Source: Octopus vulgaris (lineage: Eukaryota). From it: DNA of 64,000 nucleotides. A program made the position numbers and the translations under genes. Below are positions 53,145 through 64,000 of the stretch, one piece after another (the first letter of the stretch is position 1; each line of letters opens with the position of its first letter). The notes under the pieces are model-generated. The model was given only the letters and a program-made list of their open reading frames with translations. It searched no databases and was not told where the DNA came from. The stretch covers positions 41,354,001 to 41,418,000 of the forward strand of contig OX597822.1 of the NCBI GenBank assembly GCA_951406725.2. The letters are read 5' to 3'.

Positions 53145-53555
53145 TTTTTATACAATCGTTTCATACAAGGACATTTTATTAAAAGTTGCAAAAATTACAG
53201 CATATAAACGTGTCCCGTACTCATCAGCTAAAATACATGTGAGTTCTCTAGACATCCTAGTGGTTGAGGCTATACTCATGAAGTAATGTAGATAATTAAG
53301 TAACATAAACAGATTTCAAAAGTTCATTAAAGTTCTTTAAAGATGATACAGTCTTATATAGCATCAGAGAAGGTGACCCAATCCATATGCACATATGAAT
53401 TTCCAGAGATATGATGAGGGATTACATACTCACAGAAGGCAAATATTCCATTGTTAATTACAACGAGGTGGGTTTCAATTCCTGCTTATTAGCATTACAG
53501 AGAGGGTGAATTAATCCTTTGTATAGATGCACAATTTCCAATGGTGTAGGTGTAA

Positions 53556-53586
<31 letters not shown>

Positions 53587-53626
53587 CATACATACATAAA
53601 TATACATATATACATACATACATATA

Positions 53627-54519
53627 CAATATGCGATGGGTAAATTGTCGCTATCTTAGAATTTTAATTTTCCGCATGCGCATTCCTTGTTTTTGATTTT
53701 GTCGACTACACAGTATAGTAGGGTCAGTTGGGCACCGTCTGTGAGAAAAGCAGCACTATGATGCTGTTCACGCTGCTAGAAATTTGGAAGTGCCATGCTG
53801 TACTGCTTGGCATTGGCGCCGGGTGCTCTAATACTAACATTTCAGAGTGTTTAGGTGTACATGCACTGAGAACAGTGCATGAACCGAGAGTGATAAGAAA
53901 CAAACATCTAGTCAATATCACAAGTGATGGCGACGTTATGCTGATCCTATATTACCCACAAGGAGATGGTGACGTTATGCCTCCATTCATTTTCCCACAC
54001 GTCCTCACACGCAACACGGAGGCCTACATCAAGTGCCTGGATGAGGTGTTGCTGCCCTTGTTCAAGAGGGTGGCTGCTGGAAGACCCTGGGTCTGGCAAC
54101 AGGATTCTGCACCATGCAGGAGAACCCAGTCATGGCTGTCAGATAATTTCTGTTACCACATTACTCCTAATAACTGGCCACCTAGCTCCCGAGACTGTAA
54201 CCCCCTTGATAATTATGTGTGCGGTACAGTTGAGCTAGAGACCAACAAAACTCCTTGTAACACCAAAGATGAATTGAAGGCAAAGATTATGGCAGCATTG
54301 ACCAACTTAAACAAAGAGACTGTCCAGAAGAGTTGCAGGAGATTCTGAGGTCGTTTGGATGCCGTGGTTGAAGCCAATGGCGATTTTACTGAATAAATTT
54401 ACTCTTTAGTATTTCAAGATATTTTTATGTAATTTTTGCAAATATATCTATTAAAATGAGATATCAGTGTTATTTTCATTTTTGCGTAATATAGACAACA
54501 GTTTATTCACCTCAACCTA
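53627..54519 (+). mobile_element. DD37D (maT-like) element, internally deleted
   Basis: Diverged TA-flanked TIRs. ORF 53728-54348 has WQQDSAPC...NWPPSSRDCNPLD; the D-D spacing is 34 here, or 37 if the usual H-x-x after APC was deleted. C-terminus LDAVVEANGDFTE*. Confidence 0.85.
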
Positions 54520-54592
54520 TATATGTGTATATATATATCATACATATGCATGTATGTACGTATGTACGTACGCACATATGTATGTATGTATG

Positions 54593-54626
<34 letters not shown>

Positions 54627-54841
54627 TGTATGTATATATGTATGTATGTATGTATGCGTGTATAAATATGTGTGTGCTGTGCTATGTATGAGTGAGTGTG
54701 TGCGCTTTTAACCTTTCATTACATTACTATTCTAATCACAGGATAATGGCCATCAATCAAATCGGTATGTTGAGAACATATGTATACACACATTTAGATA
54801 GATAGATATGTATATATAAATATATATGCATATATATCTAC

Positions 54842-54872
<31 letters not shown>

Positions 54873-54956
54873 TGTATGTATGTATTATGTATGTATGTAT
54901 ATATATATATACACACACACACACATGCATATATATAAATGCACATATATTTATTG

Positions 54957-54996
<40 letters not shown>

Positions 54997-55227
54997 ATAT
55001 ATGCATATATATGAATGCTTATATATGTATGTATACACACAGACACACGCACATTCGATATATAGTATATATAAATATAAAATACATATATAATATACAT
55101 ATATCGTATATATATTACACATATGCATGTGTGCATGTAATGTATTCATATATGTGTATATTCATTTGCAAGGACTCATAGACGTACGAGTGACCTGCAC
55201 TCACACGTAAACGCACAAACGCTCACA

Positions 55228-55620
55228 TCTTTATATATAAAAGAGAGGTTGTGTGTCTGTCTCCTACGATTTAGATTCCTAACTACTCCCACATTTTGCG
55301 GTGCAGTTTAACCAAAAGCGGGTATCTTATAGTCGTGATTCATATCGAGCCCTTCTGGGTATTAGCACGCGTCTACGATGAGTCTACGATTAAAAAAAAA
55401 TTACCATCAATTTTTCCCATTTTTAATGCATTTTTGGCATAAATAAGGGAAGTAACTCTCTAAAAATTTATTATTAAATCTCAGAACATAAAATGCTACA
55501 GTAACACCCCCCTTTTGTGGTTAGCTATATTGAGATGGCTATTATACTTTACATCTAAAAAAAAATGCTTATATAGTTATTTCCCTTACAAACCCGAGCA
55601 ACGCCGGGCGATACTGCTAG
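55228..55620 (+). mobile_element. Non-autonomous Helitron
   Basis: A|TCTTTATATATAAAA 5' end, subterminal hairpin CCCGAGCAACGCCGGG, 3' CTAG|T, no TSD. Confidence 0.88.
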
Positions 55621-55787
55621 TCTGATATAAAGCGCGAAGTAAAATGTATATTTAGGAGATGGAAAAAACAAGAAAGAACACAAATTTGCAAAAATATAAG
55701 TTAATATATATAAACGTTTAGACACACGTTTACATGCTCATAGGAAAAGTTCTACGTATATCTTTAAGTTCCCCCCCCACACACACA

Positions 55788-56071
55788 GGCTATCAGATGT
55801 TGCTACACATCGCTGGTCACAATGCGCTTCGCATTGTTTTAGCTTTCAAATGACGCCACCCCGCTGGCTAACCGAGCAGGCCAACAGAAGAAAGAATGAG
55901 AGAAAGTTGTGGCGAAAGTGTACAGCAGGGATCGCCACTACCCCCTGCCGGAGCCTCGAAGAGAGTTAGGTATTTTCGCTCAATAAGCACTCACAACGCC
56001 CGGTCTAGGATCGAAACCGCGATCTTACGATCGCGAGTGCGCTGCCCTAACCAAAGGGCCATTACGCTTCC
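55788..56071 (-). mobile_element. SINE family C, tail type 4
   Basis: Family C head and body, then GGTTAGCCAGCGGGGTGGCGTCATTTG...GCAACATCTGATAGCC. Confidence 0.8.
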
Positions 56072-56509
56072 ACGTGTTTATTATATTAGAGGAAAAATCA
56101 AAACCAAGGTAGAACGAGTATCTCGAGTCATTTAGAATAATTAAATTTAATTTAATTATTCTAAATGACTTGAGATAATCATTCTGCCATGGGTTTGATT
56201 TTACCTCTAATACAATATATAATAAGTGTGTGTGTGTGTATGTAAAGATACATACACATAAACACACACTTACGTATACAGACACGCACACACACAGTGT
56301 GTGTGCATGTGTCTGTGTGTGAGTGTGTTTGTGTGGGTCTGTCTTTGATCGATAGGGCAAGTACCAATCTTTAAAAAAATGTACTGGGTTCGATTTGTTC
56401 GACTAAAAACCTTAAGGGAGTGCACCAGCATGGCCACACTCCAAAAACTGAAATAATTCAAATTAAGAAAAGGGATATGTGTATTTATTCATATACATAT
56501 ATGTATATA

Positions 56510-56848
56510 AACTTGTTTCCCAGCCGCATGATTCCGAGTTCAGTCCCACTGCGTGGCACCTTGGGCCGACTAAAGCCTTGTGAGTGGATTTGATAGACAG
56601 AAGCTAAAAGAAGCCCGCTGTATATTATACATATATGTATGTTTGTGTGTCTGTATTTGTACCTCCTCCCACCATCGTTTGACAACCGATGTTGGCGTAT
56701 GTCCCCGCAACTTAGCAGTTCGGCAAAAGAATCGATAGAATAAGTACTAGGCTTATAAAGAATAAGTCTTAGGGTTGATTTGTTCGATTAAAGGTGGTGA
56801 TCCGGCATCGCCGCAGTCAAATGACTGAAACAAGTAAAAGAGTAAAAG
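56510..56848 (+). mobile_element. SINE family A with internal deletion
   Basis: Deletion joins CCTTGGG directly to CCGAC (GGGC microhomology). Confidence 0.8.
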
Positions 56849-56917
56849 TATATATATATATAGATGTGTTGGCGTGTGTGTGTGTGAGTGATTTTATATC
56901 TGTTGGCATATATATAT

Positions 56918-57013
<96 letters not shown>

Positions 57014-57774
57014 TATACACACATACATATATGCATATACATATTTTTAAATCTATTTCTAAATCTATACACAATCAAGTACTTATGCTTGTGTGCCTGT
57101 CTGTTTGTGTATGTGTGAGTGTATGTGTGTGTGAGTGAGCGTGTGCGTGTATGTGTCATTATATTTTTGTGTCTCCCACAACCGCTTGACAACCTCTTTT
57201 GGTTTGTTTACGTCCCCGTCATTTATCTCTTTTGGAAAACCGGTCTGTTAAGCAAAAAGCGGCCGACGCATTAAGTACCAGTTTTAGATGAAGAAAAAAA
57301 ATTATATTGCGGTCGTTTCATTAAACTAAACTTTCCAGGACAGTGTCGCTGCATGGACGCAGTTCAGTGAGTGAAATGAGTAACAGATAAAAGATAATAT
57401 ATATATATATATATATAGTCCTGGGTATGACTGTAAACTGTATCCGGTACTGGGGCCCTGGTTCAAGGTTTTGAGGAGTGTGGAACCACCTCTTAGCCAC
57501 TATTGTTCCCAAGTCTACTCTGACCCGGAGTAGTAGCACCTGTAAGGGTCCCAGCTATGGGTTAACTAGCATATCATGGAATTGGTTTGGAAAGAAGGTC
57601 ACTGAGAGACGCACCAATAGAGAAGAGACCCTTCAACTCCTTAAAAAAAAAGAAGAAGAAAAAGAAATGGCGGTGCCCCAGCATGGCCACAGCTCAAGAG
57701 CTGAAACTGGAAAACATAATATATATATATAGAGAGAGAGAGAGAGAAACATGTATGTGTGCGTATGTGTGCGA

Positions 57775-57808
<34 letters not shown>

Positions 57809-57823
57809 ATGTATGTATAGATA

Positions 57824-57982
57824 TATTTCTTTACTACCCACAAGGGGCTAAACACAGAGGGGACAAACAAAGACAGACAAACGGATTAAATCGATTACAT
57901 CGACCCCAATGTGTAACTGGTACTTAATTTATCGACCCCGAAAGGATGAAAGGCAAAGTCGACCTCGGCGGAATTTGAACTC
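57824..57982 (-). mobile_element. SINE family B, 5'-truncated
   Basis: Tail through B-box, abutting (GATA)n. Confidence 0.85.
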
Positions 57983-58092
<110 letters not shown>

Positions 58093-58299
58093 TGAATATA
58101 TACATTTCACTGCACTCTCGAACATATATGATTTATTTTCCTAGAAAATAGTTCAACAAAGATAATGTAAAGTAATGGTGATAGGATACGTAATGAAAGA
58201 AACAGATTGAATAATCTAATAATGAACATTGAATAGTGAATCGCGAAGAGGTCACAAAAATATCCTTCTTCTGCAAAACATGACGCAATTAAACATATG

Positions 58300-58385
<86 letters not shown>

Positions 58386-58525
58386 TACATATATATATAT
58401 GTATGTATGTATATATGTATATATCGATATTTATATATACGTAAACATGCATATATGTAAGTGCACATACATTGCTCTTATATATTATTACGTGCAAAAG
58501 TATGAGTATATGTGAGCCTGTGTGC

Positions 58526-58563
<38 letters not shown>

Positions 58564-58772
58564 GTGTGTGTGTGTGTATAACTTTATGTGCATGTATATG
58601 TAGCTTTTTATGTATATTTATATATATGTATACATATATACACATGTACGCACATAGACACACATACACAGGCACACATGTATATATATATATATATATA
58701 TAAATATAGATATATGTGTAAGTATATATATATATATATATATACATATATACAAGTATATATTTACATAAG

Positions 58773-58885
<113 letters not shown>

Positions 58886-58889
58886 CTTT

Positions 58890-59279
58890 TTAAATTCTTT
58901 TAATTGTTTAACTCATTTGACTGCGGCCATGCAGGGGAAACGCCTAAAAGAGGGCTAGTCGAAGAAATCTACCCCACAACATAGTCTTTGTAAGCGTAGT
59001 ACTTATTCCATCGGACTTTTCTGCCGAACCGCTACCTTTCGGGCACATAAACACACTAGCGTCAGTTGTCAAGCGATGGACACACACAAATATATATATA
59101 TGTATGTATATATGTATGTATGTATCTATAGATATATGCGACGGGCTTCTACCAATTGCCATCCACCAAATGCGCTCATTTAATTGGTCCGAGTTTATAG
59201 CAGAAGACACTTGCCTAAAGTGCCATGCACTTGGATTGAACCCAGAAACACGTGAGTGAGAAGCAAGCTACTTACCACT
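58890..59279 (-). mobile_element. SINE family A, diverged
   Basis: Collinear with the family A consensus. Confidence 0.75.
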
Positions 59280-59406
59280 CATATACGCATAAAAATATAC
59301 ATGCATATCGACACCCATATATAACTCTAGTGTATGGACATATATATATATACATGTATATATGCATATAGATATATATATAAAAAATATATATATATAT
59401 AGATAT

Positions 59407-59467
<61 letters not shown>

Positions 59468-59619
59468 ATGCGTGTGTACATACATACATGGAGGCGCAAT
59501 GAGCCAGTGGTTAGGGCAGCGGAATCGCGGCCGGAGGATATATATGTGTGTGTGTGTGCGTGTGTATATATTTATATACATATATATGTATATAGATAAA
59601 TGGATACATTAATACATAC

Positions 59620-59664
<45 letters not shown>

Positions 59665-59802
59665 CATGCAAATATGCATACATACACATATATATACATC
59701 CATACATATGTACATATGTTTTATACATATATATGTGTATATATAGGTATAGAAAAAAACTCAATGTAGAAAATGCTAAAATAGTCTAATAAAAAAACAT
59801 TT

Positions 59803-59838
59803 CAGTAACGGTTTCAGTCATTGTGACTTTTTCAACTG
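59803..59838 (-). ncRNA. Hammerhead-like motif with U3-A8 core variant
   Basis: CAG-UUGAAAA-AGUCA(CAA)UGACU-GAAA-CCGU-UA-CUG. Confidence 0.45.
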
Positions 59839-59962
59839 TAAGAATGGAAAATAATTAAATTTTGGAAAAATTAAAAGAGAGATTTTTAAAAGAATATTTG
59901 CATAGTATTCAAATAGAAGGGGCATTTTCCTTGTTTTTGCCCGTCTCTGTCTCTCTTGTTTA

Positions 59963-60025
<63 letters not shown>

Positions 60026-60209
60026 TTATATGTTTATACATGAATATATATATTGTATGTGCATATAAGTATGCATACTTATAGGTACATATAAATATAT
60101 TTAAATATCTGTAGGTGTTTGAGTATATGATTACATGTATACTTATGCGCGTATATTTTTTAAAAACTTAAGTATGCATGTGTATGTATGCATGTACATA
60201 TATATATAA

Positions 60210-60240
<31 letters not shown>

Positions 60241-60246
60241 CATGTG

Positions 60247-60297
<51 letters not shown>

Positions 60298-60319
60298 GTA
60301 TATATATATGTACATATAT

Positions 60320-60392
<73 letters not shown>

Positions 60393-60453
60393 GTAGATGC
60401 ATATGTGCAGTTAAATTTGTATGAATACTCGTTCATTCATGAGTATCTAAATA

Positions 60454-60511
<58 letters not shown>

Positions 60512-60948
60512 CTATATATAAGTGTATATATACATATGTAAACATATGTGTTTTATATACTTATATTTTACTCGTCTTAATATCCACAAATCTATACATA
60601 TATATCTGCATTTATATTGGTTTTGCATCAGTGTACGTGTGTGTGGGTATGTGCGCGCGCACGTGTGTGTGTATGTGTGTGTGCTCGCGTTTATGCATTT
60701 GAATATTCATAATATTATATAGTATATGAATTTATATAAAGCTGTATTATACACACGCATGCGTTTCAATATATATACATACATACATACGCATATATGT
60801 CAAACTATCAATACACTCAAAGACACACACACACACAGATATACATGAAAATAAATGTACATAAATATATATGCACATACAGATATATAAATATGCACGT
60901 ATATGCATGTAAATGTAAGTACATGCATCTGCATATATACAACCCTTG

Positions 60949-61020
<72 letters not shown>

Positions 61021-61031
61021 TCAGATATATG

Positions 61032-61063
<32 letters not shown>

Positions 61064-61127
61064 TATATAAATACACAAATATATATAAATGTATGTATAT
61101 ATGTATATACATATATATATATTTATA

Positions 61128-61173
<46 letters not shown>

Positions 61174-61273
61174 TATAAATATATATATATGTATATACAT
61201 ATATACATACATTTATATATATTTGTGTGAAATATTATAGATTTGGCCTTGATTCGTTCGTTACAATATATGA

Positions 61274-61375
<102 letters not shown>

Positions 61376-61958
61376 CAAGGGTTGTATATATGCAGATGCA
61401 TGTACTTACATTTACATGCATATACGTGCATATTTATATATCTGTATGTGCATATATATTGCGTATATATATTTATGTACATTTGTTTTCATGTATATCT
61501 GTGTGTGTGTGTGTGTGTGTCTGTCTGTTTATATGTTTATTTGTATGTATATACATGCATATGCAGATGAAGATATATATATGTACATATATGGATATAT
61601 ATCTATATGAACACATTATTAAAATTATAGAATATACATGTATAAGTGCATGTATGTACAGGTATATGTAAATGTATGTATATATATATAAATATATATG
61701 TATATACATACATAAATATACACATATATATGTATATATGTATATACAATATGCCTATATTTATATTTGTGTGCGTATATACAGATATATATATATATAT
61801 ACATACATATCTGTCTATATATATCTATATATGTATATATATATATATATCATATATATATATGTTATATACATCAGGTGGTGCTATTAAGTTAGACATG
61901 GCCTGGACCAATCTCTGGTCGAAACATATCTAAGTTTTATATATGAATATATATATAC

Positions 61959-62059
<101 letters not shown>

Positions 62060-62384
62060 TACACATATACATATAAATATACACACACATATATATATAC
62101 GCATATACATATATATATATATATGTATACATACATATATATATATATATGTATATATAAATATATATATATATATATATACACATATATATATATACAT
62201 ATATATTCATAGATCTATATGTTTACATGCAGACATATATTTATTTATATACATACATATATATACATCATGTATCATGCGTGTTTGTATATGTATATAT
62301 GCATGGATAGCTAATCATACATGAATTTGTATTTTTGTGTGCGTATGTGTGGATTTATGTATATGCATATATATGTGAAAATAC

Positions 62385-62415
<31 letters not shown>

Positions 62416-62578
62416 CATATAGTAATGTATGTAGAAATAAATTTGCTCCCGCAGGAACCCATTGACGTGTGAAATATTATAGATTTTGGCCTTGATTCGT
62501 TCGTTACAATATTAGTAAGCTACATCTCTGTATTAATTGACTCACTGATCTACCTCACCATCATTTCAGTTAGATTTC

Positions 62579-62632
<54 letters not shown>

Positions 62633-62693
62633 TAGGTGTGTATCTCTGTATTTCTTTTGGTACATGATTCTCTCTTTCTCTGTCGATATATAA

Positions 62694-62740
<47 letters not shown>

Positions 62741-62785
62741 GGTCCCGGGTTGAGTCGGGGTTAACCACAGTAAATAAGGTACTCA

Positions 62786-62818
<33 letters not shown>

Positions 62819-63109
62819 CACAATGATAAATCTCAGACCGAGATAGAGCACAGAAAGTGTGTCTATAGCCAGCTGGAGGAGGTGTCTTCCTGGGGCTACA
62901 AACTACAGTAGCATCCACCCTTAGGGGTTAGCCATATTCAAATGGCAAATATACGTCACGATATATACACACATATATATGTATACATATTAACATCTAT
63001 GTAAATAAATACACATACATATACACACACACATACATACATACATACATACATACATATGTACATACATACATACATACATACATACATACATACATAC
63101 ATACATACA

Positions 63110-63145
<36 letters not shown>

Positions 63146-64000
63146 TGAATCTTCCATGTGTTAACATGTTCTTCCTTGGGACAGCGTAAACCTCCATTTA
63201 ATCAAGATAACCTTGGCCTCAAGAGTAGCCTGGTGCATACACCTCGCTTGGATATTTCCTACTTCTGAGGTTCCGCTCGCTATGAAATATACGTAGCCTT
63301 GATCTTATCTATTCCATTCCTCAACTTTTGTATTCTTTTTCGCATACTCGGCAATCTTGGTCGCCTACCGTGAAACACAAAAAAGAACTTTTTTCAATTT
63401 ATCGTCCTTCGATAAGAAAAAAATCGTCAACTTTCTGTTTCTGTAATACACTATTGACTCTGAAAGTTGTTTTTATATTTACTAAGGTTTGCTTGAAGCT
63501 AACTTTCTTCCTACACCTCGACACTTGGATCTTGTGCGTGTGTACGTGTGTATGCGTGTGTGTGTGTGTGTGTACGTATGTTTGTGTGTGTGTGTGTACG
63601 TATGTTTGTGTGTGCGTGTGTATCTATCTTTCTGTTTATGCATACATCTCGCTGTCTTCCTTTCTCCCTCCCGACATATGTTCTGGCTAAAAGAATTTGT
63701 ACTGAAATCGCTTCGAAATATATCCCTACCTTTTTCTCCAATGTAAGAATCATCTTTGATTATAGAACTACTATCCATTTGATCTGACCAGGGGTTAAAC
63801 AACATCAGCTTCACACAATCAAGCTTTCTCGAAAAAAAATTTGCATATGTAAACGCGTTCCCTTTTCACATTGAACTATTTCCAAATCATGAACCTTTTT
63901 CCCAGTCAACAAACACCTGGAATATTCTAACGTTAACCAGCTTTAACTTTTGCCAACCCAGACATTCCAAACTCGCCATAGTTTTTAGTCAGACGTCAAA

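Overview
A gene-poor, extremely microsatellite-rich animal genomic window. The repeat families and the (AT)/(CA)/(ATT)/(GATA) density look like Octopus or another coleoid cephalopod (inference from recalled repeat types, not a database match). Almost all ORFs in the track are translations of simple repeats, and no intact host gene is visible. The only host-gene hint is a candidate minus-strand first exon with promoter at ~17.0-17.3 kb. Mobile DNA dominates: a near-full-length IR/DR-type Tc1 (DD34E) element, decayed mariner, DD37D and pogo/Tigger elements, hAT MITEs with 8-bp TSDs, a non-autonomous Helitron, R4/Dong-, RTE-, CR1- and Penelope-like relics, and at least four tRNA-derived SINE families. 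The most intriguing signal is a tRNA-headed SINE carrying a minimal hammerhead ribozyme motif and a Penelope-style inverted terminal duplication (36.1-36.5 kb). Three more hammerhead-like motifs and a GIY-YIG relic lie elsewhere in the window, suggesting Pol III SINEs that parasitise Penelope-like retroelements. Boundaries of decayed repeats are approximate.
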